Positions 30,009 to 40,581 of a stretch of DNA of 64,000 nt are shown in pieces (the stretch's first letter is position 1; each line of letters starts with the position of its first letter). The stretch is from Candidatus Brocadia pituitae (GTDB taxonomy: Bacteria > Planctomycetota > Brocadiia > Brocadiales > Brocadiaceae). The stretch covers positions 750,613 to 814,612 of the forward strand of contig AP021856.1 of NCBI GenBank assembly GCA_017347445.1. The letters run 5' to 3'. The notes under the pieces are model-generated. The model was not told the origin of the DNA. It saw only the letters and a list, made by a program, of their open reading frames with translations, and did not search any database. The translations under genes were made by a program, and so were the position numbers.

Positions 30009-32033
30009 CTACACCGTTCTGAAATCAGTGATTTTCCTGGACTTCATTATCTGCACGGCATTGGTTTTAAGTTGATCGTTGCCTTTAAAACCTGCATCCA
30101 GGCATACAACACGGACGGGCATTTTTTCTGCAATGGCTTTCATAACCTCTGCTGTGAGTTCTTTTTCAAGGCAAATGAGCATAGCGCCATCCGCAATGCT
30201 AAATATAGTTTTGCCTGCAAGGGTGATCAGCTCGATCTTTGTCGTAAGCGGGAATCCTGATTTTAAAAGGATTTCATACAATATGTCTTCTTGCGAACTG
30301 GTGGGATTGATGTGGTCTACATGCAGAGATAGCTGCTTTTGTATAGCCTCTTTTTCCTTTGGTGCATTGGTATCCCATAGTTTGAAATTGGAGCTTGAGA
30401 GCTTGAAAACTTTGAAACCTAAATCTAATGCGGGATTCTTGTCGGGAAATAGTGGTAATCTGTTCTCTTTTATTCCTTTTTTAATCTTGTGTATTACCCT
30501 GCGGATACGCTCTTTGCCGATGTCGGCGATGGTTTTGTACCCAGCTTTGAACGCCTCGCTATCCTCAACACATGGTTCGGGAAGCTGAACCATAATAAAC
30601 TTGCGGTTGCCGCCGTCCTGTTTGTTGAGATCGAGAACGGCATGGGCGGTTGTTCCCGAACCTGCAAAGAAATCTAAAATGATGGCATTTTTATCATTTT
30701 CAAAAGAATCGACAAATGCTTTTATTATTGTTGTTGGCTTTGGATAAGAAAAATAGCTCTTACCATCGAAAATGTTTTCTACTTCAATTCCCCCATCACT
30801 TTTAGTTGACAAAATGGAACGCAATAAAAATCTTTTGACTTCATCAAAATATGTTATTGAACTGGCCTGTGTCGTCTCATCTTTATCAAACCATATTTTA
30901 CCACAAACAAAAGAACCATCATGTAATTTTTTGATAGAAGAATATTTCCCATCTTTTATTCCAGCGGCTTCATTGAAAGTTTCCTCCTTCCAACGCCAGC
31001 CTCTGTCAGGAATTTTAACAGGTTTTCCAGTTTCGGGATGCTTAACCTCATATTTTGGGCCAAATGTGTTCGCATTAGGCCAACTCATGTTTATTTTGCC
31101 CCATAGTCTATAATTTTCGTCTAGGGCATTATATAAAGTAATCCCTCTATCATAATCTTTCTTGTTATAGAGTTTACGGATTTCCTGCTCTGCCTCTTTT
31201 AATGGTATGCCATTAATTTTAAGCTTGCTAATAAAATCTTCAATTTCTTCAAGACCGCTTTTAGTTGATGTAAATTCATGTTTTAATGATGAATCTTTAA
31301 CATATACAATAATATACTCATGTATGCTTCCAATACCCTTGTCATTTTTTGGTACTCGCTTATTCCAAGTGATACATTCGATGAAATTATCCTCTCCGAA
31401 CACCTCATCACAAATTTTTCTTAGGTTAGCCATTTCAATATTATCAATACTTATAAAAATTACCCCATCCTCTCTTAACAAATTACGGGCAAGAAAAAGC
31501 CGTGGATACATCATACTGAGCCATTTCGAGTGAAACCTGCCATCCGTTTCAGTATTTGTGGAGTATCTCCTGCCTTCGCTGTCCAACTGGCCTGTGTAGC
31601 GTAAGTATGTATCCAAGCTTTCGGTGTAGTTATCCGGGTAAATGAAATCATTCCCCGTATTATACGGAGGATCAATAGAAATCATTTTGATTTTACCAAG
31701 ATACGATTTTTGCAGGAGCTTGAGTACCTCTAAGTTATCGCCTTCAATAAACAGGTTTTCAGTGGTATCAAAATTTACCGATTCCTTACGGACGGGCACA
31801 AGGGTGCCGATACTGGGCTGCTGTATAATCTTAAAGCAGTCAGCCTTACCCGGCCAGTTCATGCCATAGCGCTCCTTGCCTGTATCAACAGATTCGCCAA
31901 GAGTGGTTTTGAGTTTCTCAAAATCAACTTTATTACCTTCGGTAATTACTTCAGGGAAAAGCTGTTTCAGCTTTTGAACCTTATCTTCGGTAATGTTCAT
32001 AGATTTCAGGTCTAATTTCTCAATTTTAGTCAT
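30009..32033 (-). CDS. mod: Type III restriction-modification N6-adenine methyltransferase (Mod)
   Basis: IEGDNLEVLK, DPPY catalytic motif, central TRD, LDFFAGSGTT SAM-binding motif. Confidence 0.96.
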   Translation of the reverse strand: MTKIEKLDLKSMNITEDKVQKLKQLFPEVITEGNKVDFEKLKTTLGESVDTGKERYGMNWPGKADCFKIIQQPSIGTLVPVRKESVNFDTTENLFIEGDNLEVLKLLQKSYLGKIKMISIDPPYNTGNDFIYPDNYTESLDTYLRYTGQLDSEGRRYSTNTETDGRFHSKWLSMMYPRLFLARNLLREDGVIFISIDNIEMANLRKICDEVFGEDNFIECITWNKRVPKNDKGIGSIHEYIIVYVKDSSLKHEFTSTKSGLEEIEDFISKLKINGIPLKEAEQEIRKLYNKKDYDRGITLYNALDENYRLWGKINMSWPNANTFGPKYEVKHPETGKPVKIPDRGWRWKEETFNEAAGIKDGKYSSIKKLHDGSFVCGKIWFDKDETTQASSITYFDEVKRFLLRSILSTKSDGGIEVENIFDGKSYFSYPKPTTIIKAFVDSFENDKNAIILDFFAGSGTTAHAVLDLNKQDGGNRKFIMVQLPEPCVEDSEAFKAGYKTIADIGKERIRRVIHKIKKGIKENRLPLFPDKNPALDLGFKVFKLSSSNFKLWDTNAPKEKEAIQKQLSLHVDHINPTSSQEDILYEILLKSGFPLTTKIELITLAGKTIFSIADGAMLICLEKELTAEVMKAIAEKMPVRVVCLDAGFKGNDQLKTNAVQIMKSRKITDFRTV

Positions 32034-32080
32034 TTTAGTATCCTCTACATTTTATTGTTTGACCTGCATGGGTATCTCGA

Positions 32081-33115
32081 TTATTTTATATCATCCATTA
32101 ATTTGGCAATTTGTTCCGGTGCGGGAAGCTCTTTCCTGAGCGTACTCGGAAGTTTCGTAACTATCTGATATTTTGCAACGCCTATCGGTTTCTTGCTTTC
32201 GCGCAGGGCATATTCCACAATTGTCCGGCTTTTGTCCTTGCACAAAATAATTCCAATTGAAGGGTTCTCGCCCTTTTCTTTTACCATAGAATCCAATGCG
32301 GCAAGATAAAACTGTATTTTCCCGGCGTATTCCGGTTTGAAATCGCCTGTTTTCAGCTCAATAGCGACGAGGCATTTCAGCCGCCGGTGATACAATAAAA
32401 TATCAATAAAAAATTCCCTTCCTTCAATCTCAAGACGAAACTGGTTGCCAACAAAAGTAAACGCCCCACCCATCTCAATGAGGAACCGGTTTACTTTGTT
32501 CATTATGGCACGCTCAAGCTCAATCTCGCTGTGTTCATCGCCAAGCTCAAGAAAGTCAAAAGTATATTCGTCTTTGACCGCCAGTTTTGCCTGATTCCTG
32601 ATTTTCTCCGGCAGCGCCTTGTCGAAATTGGTCTGATTTAGAAGAGTTTTTTCATAGGTCTTATTGTCAATCTGGTGGATGAGAACATTTTTGGTCCAGC
32701 CATACTTTCTGGTCATGCGGATATAAAATTCGCGTTCCAAATCAGTATCGCACGACTCCATTACAACTACAAGTTTAGTCCAGCTGATTTCTTGCACCAA
32801 TGGTGCAAGTTTTTCGTTATTTTTAAACATCAGATAAAATTTCCGCATTCTCCATAGATTATCCCGTGAATAACCGGCAACACCTGGAAATTCAGCCTGG
32901 AGATCCTTGGCGAGTCTCTCGACAATGGTTTTTCCCCAGCCTTCTTTCTCCTGCCGCGCAACAATCATACTGCCAATGTCCCAATATAACGCAATAAGCT
33001 CTTTGTTCACCGCTTTAAGGGCATCATACTGCGCCTGCCGGATACGCGCCTTGACGGAATTAAGAAGCACTACATATTCATTTTGCTTGGCAATCCTGGA
33101 CATCTTCCTCTCCAT
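32081..33115 (-). CDS. YhcG/DUF1016 PD-(D/E)xK nuclease
   Basis: VNKELIALYWDIG, KDEYTFDFL, IDILLYHRRLKCLVAIELK, NPSIGIILC. Confidence 0.93.
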   Translation of the reverse strand: MERKMSRIAKQNEYVVLLNSVKARIRQAQYDALKAVNKELIALYWDIGSMIVARQEKEGWGKTIVERLAKDLQAEFPGVAGYSRDNLWRMRKFYLMFKNNEKLAPLVQEISWTKLVVVMESCDTDLEREFYIRMTRKYGWTKNVLIHQIDNKTYEKTLLNQTNFDKALPEKIRNQAKLAVKDEYTFDFLELGDEHSEIELERAIMNKVNRFLIEMGGAFTFVGNQFRLEIEGREFFIDILLYHRRLKCLVAIELKTGDFKPEYAGKIQFYLAALDSMVKEKGENPSIGIILCKDKSRTIVEYALRESKKPIGVAKYQIVTKLPSTLRKELPAPEQIAKLMDDIK

Positions 33116-33214
33116 CGTGATATTAGACGATAAATAATTTCCATGTAAATAAATTCAAGGATGTTTTTAGCAAGTCTGCTTAGGCCTTCCCATGTTTTTT
33201 GCACTACCACTTTA

Positions 33215-33316
33215 TAGTAAACGTATTAAATAAGCTGACATGTGCTGGTCATTGCGAGCGACAGCGAAGCAATCCCACTATAGAGATTGCTTCGAGCTGG
33301 CGCCCTCGCAATGACA
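33215..33316 (+). repeat. Palindromic REP/MITE-like element, family A
   Basis: GTCATTGCGAG...GAAGCAATC...GATTGCTTC...CTCGCAATGAC nested inverted repeats. Confidence 0.85.
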
Positions 33317-33347
33317 ACTTTCTTTATGTGTTTACTATAGATCACCG

Positions 33348-36251
33348 TTACTTTAGTATCCAGCGAATCGTAAACAATGACACTTCGGACACCGTTTGCT
33401 TTAACTTCTTTTCAATCTCGTCAATCAAATCATCTTTTTTAAGCTCGATCTCTTTAGCAGCTTGATCATATTCCTTCCATGCCTCATCACGCTTATTTTC
33501 GAGCAGTCGTTTTTCTTTCTCGTGTTTTAGCTTTTCCGGCAGATTAGGGGACAACCTCGACTGTTTTTTCAATTCCTTTATCTGCTCGTCAAGTTCTCTT
33601 AAGAGAAGCCTGAGGGAATTTCTTCTATCTTCCCCCCACTTATCCAATTTATCAAGTTCTGCCTCAAAATAGTTGGTATTCTTAAGGCTTATACTATCAA
33701 TGATTTCATTCTTCCTTCTTTCGGACTGTAATTTGACTTGTTCTATTATATTTCCATGATCCTCTCTTTTAATGGAAAATTCCTGTGCCGGCAAAGAGAA
33801 TAAGCGGTGGCATTGACCTTCCTCAAGGAAAGAGCCATCGTCACAGATACCGGATAATATGACATAATCTTCTGTTTCAAACGATGTAATAGTAAGATTA
33901 ATCACAGAGAGCCAGCCTGATTTACCAATAAGAGCTTCCAGTATGGAAATTTTTGTTGGTGTATCTGAATAATTAAAAATAAGTCCGCTTTGGTTATCCG
34001 GGGCGGTCTCAACATGAAAAGATTTGCATTGTTCAATAATACGTTGTGCTAAAGGATGTCCGATCCTGTAAATATTGACGTCTTCAATGTTCTTGCCAAG
34101 TCGATAGTGTCCCGGATGTATCTTTTCTTCTGTGAAAGGATTTTTCCGTAGGGTAAAAGAATACTCATCTGGTACAAAATCAGCATAAGGTTCAAGGTAG
34201 TATTTGGTAATCTGCCACAACCAGTTTTCGTATTGTGTCAGGTATTCCTTGCTTTCACGCAGGCTTACCTTTAATTTTTCATGCACTTCTTCGTCAAAAT
34301 TCTCCAGTAATTTTTGTCTGGCAGTTTTCAGGTGATCTTCAATGTGTTCCTCTAACTCCCTTTGTAACTGGTCAAATGAAGACTGTATCTCTTCAGGAGT
34401 CCTGCAATTCTGGTAAATCTGTGCAATGCGCTTTTCAAAATCAACCCCCGACTCGATGCTTCCCAATACTTCATCGCTAGCGCCAAAGACGCCGCTAAAA
34501 AGTCTGAATTTTTCGGCCAATATCTGGTAAACCCTCTGGTCTGCTGCATTGTTTTTGTTCAAAAAATTCACCACAACCACGTCAAATTTTTGTCCATAGC
34601 GATGACATCGCCCAATCCTCTGTTCAATGCGCTGTGGATTCCATGGCAGGTCGTAATTTACCACAAAAGAGCAAAATTGCAGGTTGATACCTTCGGCAGC
34701 GGCCTCGGTTGCTATCATAATTACCGCCTCATCTTTAAAGTAATCAACGATTGCAGCGCGCAAATTCGCCGTCTTTGAGTCTGTTACCGTATCGGTATCC
34801 TTATACTTTTCCAGCCATTGCCGATAAATTTCTCGTGATTTTGGATCGCTGTTAGAACCGTTGAATAGAACTATCTTCCCTTTAAATTCTGTACTTTCGA
34901 GAATATTTTTCAGGTATTCCTGTGTTCGTGTTGACTCAGTGAAGATAATAGCCTTCTTATTACCGCCCAGACGTTCTGTCTCCGCAAAGCCTTTTTTGAG
35001 CGCTGTCAACAGAACTTCACCTTTTGAGTTTCGGGTAATAGACTTTGCAAGCCACTCAAATTCCCTGAGATCGTGAATCTCTTTCTTCATGCTCCTGATC
35101 TCTTCGGGAGAATATTGTCTTTCCTGCTCAGTGGGAAGTGGTTGCGGTTCTTCCTCATCTTCCTGCCATTCGTCCTTTAATTCATCAAAGGTTTCAAGAT
35201 TCTGCGCTATATATTTTTCCACTTCTTCGTCTAATTGTTCTTGCCTTTCCACAATATTTTCAAGCTTATTCGCCAGGGCTTCTAACGTCCCCGATATTGC
35301 AAAGGTAGATGATGCCAGTAATTTTCTCAGAATCAAGGTCATCAATTGTCGTTGACTCGGAGGAAGGGCAAAAAGGTCTTCTCTTTGAAGATAGGATGAC
35401 ACCAGATCATAGAGTTTTTGTTCATCAAAAGACGGGATAAACTCCTGTGTTATTGCCATTCTATTCGTGTATTTAACATATTCCAGGACCTGGTGGCGAA
35501 GTGTTCTTATACAAACAGGCTTCAATCGTTCTTTCAGGCTATAAAAATCGTTCTCATCGGCTAACCTGGAATACTGGCTCTTAAAACTCTTTACATCACC
35601 AAAGGTATAATCGTCAATGACACTCACGAGACCATAGAGTTCTAAGAGAGAATTCTGGAGTGGCGTTGCCGTAAGGAGAATCTTGGGAACGTTGGCAACG
35701 GCATTTTTGACGGCATTGGCAATTTTATTTGATGGCTTATAAACATTTCTCAAGCGGTGGGCTTCATCAATAACCACTAAATCCCAGTTGATATTTTTAA
35801 TGTAAACATCTTTAGCCCGTGCAAAATGGTATGAGCATATGACTATTTCATTCTGATTGAAGGGATTTAAGTTTCTATTTTTGATTTCCTGATTAAAAGA
35901 AGACGTTTCCAATATAAGGGATGAAAGGAAAAATTTATCCAGTAATTCCTGATTCCATTGTTTACGCAGATTTGATGGTACGATGACCAGAATTTTTCGT
36001 TTTCTTTCAGCCCATTTTTGAGAGATAACCAGACCTGCTTCAATGGTTTTCCCCAGTCCTACCTCATCCGCCAGTATAGCGCCCTTGGAAAGCGGGGAAT
36101 GGAAGGCAAATAAGGCTGCCTCAACCTGATGTGGATTTAAATCTACCTGGGCATCTAAAAGAGAAGAAGCCAGTTTTTGTAAGCTATCTGATGAGCTGCG
36201 TTTTGTGAGTTCGAATGTAAAATATTTGGCATGATAAGGCGTTATTTGCAT
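33348..36251 (-). CDS. SNF2-family helicase/ATPase associated with the type III RM genes
   Basis: LADEVGLGKT, DEAH, TATP, QRIGRCHRYGQ motifs; C-terminal coiled coil. Confidence 0.93.
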   Translation of the reverse strand: MQITPYHAKYFTFELTKRSSSDSLQKLASSLLDAQVDLNPHQVEAALFAFHSPLSKGAILADEVGLGKTIEAGLVISQKWAERKRKILVIVPSNLRKQWNQELLDKFFLSSLILETSSFNQEIKNRNLNPFNQNEIVICSYHFARAKDVYIKNINWDLVVIDEAHRLRNVYKPSNKIANAVKNAVANVPKILLTATPLQNSLLELYGLVSVIDDYTFGDVKSFKSQYSRLADENDFYSLKERLKPVCIRTLRHQVLEYVKYTNRMAITQEFIPSFDEQKLYDLVSSYLQREDLFALPPSQRQLMTLILRKLLASSTFAISGTLEALANKLENIVERQEQLDEEVEKYIAQNLETFDELKDEWQEDEEEPQPLPTEQERQYSPEEIRSMKKEIHDLREFEWLAKSITRNSKGEVLLTALKKGFAETERLGGNKKAIIFTESTRTQEYLKNILESTEFKGKIVLFNGSNSDPKSREIYRQWLEKYKDTDTVTDSKTANLRAAIVDYFKDEAVIMIATEAAAEGINLQFCSFVVNYDLPWNPQRIEQRIGRCHRYGQKFDVVVVNFLNKNNAADQRVYQILAEKFRLFSGVFGASDEVLGSIESGVDFEKRIAQIYQNCRTPEEIQSSFDQLQRELEEHIEDHLKTARQKLLENFDEEVHEKLKVSLRESKEYLTQYENWLWQITKYYLEPYADFVPDEYSFTLRKNPFTEEKIHPGHYRLGKNIEDVNIYRIGHPLAQRIIEQCKSFHVETAPDNQSGLIFNYSDTPTKISILEALIGKSGWLSVINLTITSFETEDYVILSGICDDGSFLEEGQCHRLFSLPAQEFSIKREDHGNIIEQVKLQSERRKNEIIDSISLKNTNYFEAELDKLDKWGEDRRNSLRLLLRELDEQIKELKKQSRLSPNLPEKLKHEKEKRLLENKRDEAWKEYDQAAKEIELKKDDLIDEIEKKLKQTVSEVSLFTIRWILK

Positions 36252-36506
36252 TTATTATAGTGTTCAGATAATTATTTACGCTTAAAGCTAAAGACCTAAA
36301 CGGAAATTATCTATTTTTTTTAGGTATGTGCATGGAGTATAAGTCATTCAAAAGCGTATTTCAATACTATTTTAAGCAAATTCACGTGCTGAGTTGAACA
36401 TTAGTTTACGCGAAAGAATAACGTAGCATATTTTGTCGATTTTGCTACAAATAAGGACTTTAAAAAGATTGAAAAATAGTCGAGGTAAAACTAAGAGCGG
36501 AGTTAA

Positions 36507-36780
36507 TTGAAGGTAAATGCTTCGATAAATATGCTGGTGCTTCATACGGCATCCTTAAAACATCTTTCAGGTTTTTTTGGTGATATGGTTTTATCTGAAA
36601 TTACCTCCAAAAAGATTAACGAGTACAAACAAGCACAAAAGAAAGCCGATGGGAGGCGTCCCAAGCATCAACCAAGATTGCCAGGATTCTTGAGGGGAGT
36701 GAATATATTAGAGAATTCAGGTCACGATTTGGTCGCCCTAGGGGGAAACCGGATATGTCAACTGCCTGAAACCCCTGATT
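36507..36780 (+). pseudogene. Tyrosine integrase relic (internally deleted)
   Basis: SLKHLSGFFGDMVLSEITSKKINEYK resembles an integrase core-binding domain; no catalytic domain; abuts the tRNA 3' end. Confidence 0.6.
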
Positions 36781-36784
36781 TGTA

Positions 36785-38726
36785 TGGTGGGCGCTAGCCC
36801 TAAAACAAGCGAGGTTTTAAAACCTCGCCTGCAACCGTAATTTTTGATCTATTTCTAGCACTATTTTGAAGCACTTTTTCTTGGCAAAGGCGTTTTTTGC
36901 TCTCTCATCTGGAGAAATAATCCATTTATGTGGGAAACAACACTTTTGCAGTTGAAATTCACGAAAAATCACAGACTCAGGACATACCTTCCCCTTATCC
37001 GCATCCCGTGTGCTTCGTCTCCTGCCTCTTGCAGACAGACCAGATTATTTTAATCCTCAATTACGCACATTTAAGTCGTCGGATTCGTTCCCACGTCTCA
37101 AAAAAATCTTTCAGCCAATCATTGTATCCAAGCACACGATACACAATCTTTCTGCCTGTCCTGAGTATCTGACAGGGCAAGAATATCAGAGAGTTCAGGA
37201 ACCGCCTGAACTCCATTTTCACTACCTGTGTTCCCCTCCCTTCGTTCGGCATCAAGAGCCCAAACCACGCCTTCAAATTCCACGCCAACGCAGCCATCAC
37301 CATATATGCCCAGTTGCTTTCCAAATCCCTTACCGGCATCCTCATCGCATTTACCCCATTCTTCAATTGCTCTATCACATTCTCCTGATTGCATCGTTCA
37401 TTCGCCAATTCCACTACCTCTTGTGCCGTTCTATCTCTGAGTGTTGTTATATAAAAAAAGTATCGAATATCGTCTATCAACGCCTTCTTTCCCTCTTCCA
37501 CCGTCAGATTCTTTTTCAGCGCCACCACACGATACCCCTTTTTACATTTTCCCGGTTTATATTCAAATTCCGCTACCCATTCACTCTCCAATCGGATATT
37601 CTTGTAGCCCTTCTCTTTGACTATTTCCTCTTTTACGTTCTCCGGTTTCTGCCTCTGCTGCGTTTTTACCGAATTCTTCTCTTTCCGCTTTAATGCCTTC
37701 CATGCCTCCTTGGGCAATTCTTCCGTACATTTTATCAGACAAGCATGGGCATCCATCCTAAAGACAAAGTCCGCCTTCTCTGACCATCTGTCAAAATTCC
37801 CGGTCAATGAAAAGTCCGTATCCCCACGAATACATACCCCTTCCGCATTTGCTTTCACCATCTCTATCGCACGATCTATCCACCCTGCCGCCCCATCGTG
37901 GCTCGCTACGTTCCCAGAACGATTTACCACATACAACACCTCTTTCGTATTTGCAAGCGACAAAATCAGCGGCGCATACCCCCATATCCCCTTATACGAT
38001 ATGCTCATCCCGCCCTTGCATTCTCCATAGACACCCGCTATCGTCCCATCCACATCTATCAACGCCACTTTAAACTTCTCTTTCCTTCCTTCTTTCCACA
38101 CCCGACTCCTCACCGTGTTTATGCTTTCCATGAGATTCCCGATATCCTCCGGCGTAAACCGCCTCGTAAAATCACCCGCCGTTGTCGGATCCGGTATCCT
38201 TTGCGCTCCCACCGCATTCAGATACCCCTCATTACTCCTGTTCAACTCTCTATCCTCCAATCTCATCCCACCAGCATATTGTACGCTATATTCAACACAT
38301 GGTCTGATTCATGGTATGGCACATGTGCCTTCAGTAGCTTTACCTTTGCATTTATCTCCTCTACCAACCCACACCTCTGCACCATCTGATGGATCGCTCC
38401 TATACCACCACAATTGATCGCCTGACTCTTCTCCGCCACCTCGTAATGGATATTTCTCCCCTTCAACATCGGACTCTCTTGATCTTCCCACTGCTTCCTC
38501 TTCAGCCGCCCCTTGATTTCCTGTTTCCTTCTCTTCAGTATTCTGCTATACTGACGTTGTGATTTTTTGCTCATCTGAAATGCCCCTTTTTCTGGTTAGT
38601 AAGATTTTCACGTATCCTTATTTTGACCAAAAATCGGGCATTTCAACCATCTTCACCTCTCTCTGCAAAATTATCACGCTTGTGTTAGGGCTAGTGGATT
38701 CGAACCACTGATCCCTTGCGTGTGAA
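36785..38726 (-). tRNA. 3' half of tRNA-Val(CAC) (att-like fragment), interrupted by IS1380; not a functional tRNA
   Basis: Removing the IS and one CTAG gives minus-strand TTCACAC-GCAAG-GGATC-AGTGG-TTCGAAT-CCACT-AGCGCCC-ACCA (anticodon loop to CCA); no D-arm or 5' acceptor strand upstream. Confidence 0.85.
36798..38690 (-). mobile_element. IS1380-family element, 1893 bp, frameshifted transposase
   Basis: TIRs CCCTAAAACAAGCG / CCCTAACACAAGCG; perfect CTAG target duplication (36794-36797, 38691-38694); DDE transposase split into 38263..38574 and 37061..38266. Confidence 0.95.
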
Positions 38727-38775
38727 ACAATAAAACATTCTTTTTTTTCATGTGTTCGGGTCAGGGTATTACTTT

Positions 38776-39228
38776 TCATGCTTTTTTTCGCCCCTTCTGT
38801 TTATAAAGGGTTGGTCTGAAAATAATTTCTGGTTTGTAGTCGTTTAGCATTCTATAAGTAAGAAAATAGGTGAGTGAATGTACGGGATTATACAGCTGGT
38901 CGCAGAACACATGAATTGCAAGCCCCAAGGTGGTGAAGGATAAAAGATAATTGAAATGGGTAATAAAACAGAGAGCTGTCAGGATCAATAAAAGCTCATA
39001 ACTGTGAAGGTAAAAATAAGCCTTTTTTATTTTGCCAGTGTCCATTGCATGCCCAAATCTTTTAATGCTAAAACCCCTACACCCATTTTTATAAAAATCC
39101 CATATATGATCAACATCGATCAACCACCCTGCCAGAAAGCAAGCAACACTCGGCAAAATTGCCCTGGTTGTGAAAAAAGTCACAACGCCTGTGATAAGAG
39201 ATACACCAACATGGCTGACGGGTTTCAT
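38776..39228 (-). CDS. Membrane-bound metal-dependent hydrolase-like protein (YdjM-like)
   Basis: Spaced motifs H...IDVDH...LHSYE...HVFCD within hydrophobic helices. Confidence 0.65.
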   Translation of the reverse strand: MKPVSHVGVSLITGVVTFFTTRAILPSVACFLAGWLIDVDHIWDFYKNGCRGFSIKRFGHAMDTGKIKKAYFYLHSYELLLILTALCFITHFNYLLSFTTLGLAIHVFCDQLYNPVHSLTYFLTYRMLNDYKPEIIFRPTLYKQKGRKKA

Positions 39229-39549
39229 AACATTGCCCTTTTAGAAATTATCGTATTGCCGCATAAAATCTTTCTTTTTTTCGGAAGTTTTTTTACGTCA
39301 CTCTTTCCACTCCCTCTTTCACCTCAGAGGGAGGACAGGGGATTGGGTTGAGGCTCTGCTGCATGAAAAATTTTCACATATATTTTTTTGGATACGGATG
39401 TTATAACCATCCAGGACATACAAAACACAATATTAATCTATTGATAAAGCTCAAATTAACGTTTCAACAGCAGATTAAACAGAGGTGATTATATATTTAT
39501 AAGTTTGTGTGTCAACTACTTTCGGTTGATACGGTAAAGAAAGAATGTT

Positions 39550-39967
39550 GCAAACGTGTTCCATACAAATAGTGATTTTATTGCTAAGGAGGTACAACAC
39601 CCTCGTTCAGAGTTCTGCTGTTTAAACGGAATGCAATACTGAGAATGCTTATAGTAGATTCCCTTGGGACCGAATATTGCCGGTTCAAGGGCTTTTGCCT
39701 CCTGACGAATTTTTGCCGCAAGTACAATTTGGATTAGATTTCACGGCACGGGAAAGGCAGGATTACAAGACAGCCAGCTTGTTGCTGAAGTCCGTAGTTG
39801 ACCGGTATCTCAGGAGCCACAGTGCCCCGAAGGCCCAGTATTGGTATGGTGTTTCAGAATACAAAGCTTCACATAAAGTGAATGCTTTGCTTAATGCGTG
39901 GAGGAAGATCAGGAAAGATTATGCTCGCAGCATTTGGGCAAAGAAAGTGTCCTTTGTAAAGAACTGA
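39550..39967 (+). pseudogene. Degraded thioredoxin-like/TPR protein
   Basis: LIVDSLGTEYCRFKG (one frame) continues as LPPDEFLPQVQFGL...APKAQYWYGVSEYK...YARSIWAKK (next frame); no intact 5' part. Confidence 0.55.
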
Positions 39968-39971
39968 TGTC

Positions 39972-40574
39972 TCAGGTTTCCTTCCAGTCAATTACTTGGG
40001 GGACTTTTGAAGGTGGGGTATAACGGATAAGCTCTGCCAGGAGTTTCTCAGGGTCGTTTGATGTTATAATCAATCGACGATGCTTAGTCTGGATGAAACG
40101 TTCCTGCAATACGTGGTGTACAAAGGCCAGCAGCAAATCATAATAACCTTCTACATTCAGCAACCCAATGGGCTTGGTATGAATGCCCAACTGCGCCCAG
40201 GTGAGTATTTCGAAGAGCTCATCAAATGTGCCAAAGCCGCCAGGCATTGCAATAAAGGCGTCGGACAACTCTGCCATCATGGTTTTTCGCTCATGCATGC
40301 TCGATACCATCCGGAGTTCTGTCAGGCCGGTGTGGGCAAACTCTTTCGAGGCGAGGGCATGAGGAATTACGCCAATAACGTTTCCCTTTTCCCGTAAGAC
40401 GGCGTCTGCAATGTCTCCCATGAGACCAATGCTCCCCCCGCCGTAGACAAGTCCGATTCCCTGTGAGACCAACGATTTGCCAAGTTGCCGGGCGGTGGCT
40501 GAATACACAGACCGTGAGCCGCGCTTAGATCCGCAAAACACACAGATGCGTTTAATGGAATGAGTCTCACTCAT
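39972..40574 (-). CDS. LOG family (TIGR00730-type) nucleotide phosphoribohydrolase
   Basis: ICVFCGS, LVYGGGSIGLMG, MHERK, PGGFGTFDELFE. Confidence 0.95.
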   Translation of the reverse strand: MSETHSIKRICVFCGSKRGSRSVYSATARQLGKSLVSQGIGLVYGGGSIGLMGDIADAVLREKGNVIGVIPHALASKEFAHTGLTELRMVSSMHERKTMMAELSDAFIAMPGGFGTFDELFEILTWAQLGIHTKPIGLLNVEGYYDLLLAFVHHVLQERFIQTKHRRLIITSNDPEKLLAELIRYTPPSKVPQVIDWKET

Positions 40575-40581
40575 AGATTCG

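Noticed and set aside
30009-32033. Phase-variable mod (phasevarion)
   Set aside because: No simple-sequence repeat tract seen in the gene or its leader.
26957-36251. Calling the locus DISARM or BREX
   Set aside because: No drmA/drmB/drmC or pglZ/brxC-like genes; the Mod/Res pair is typical type III.
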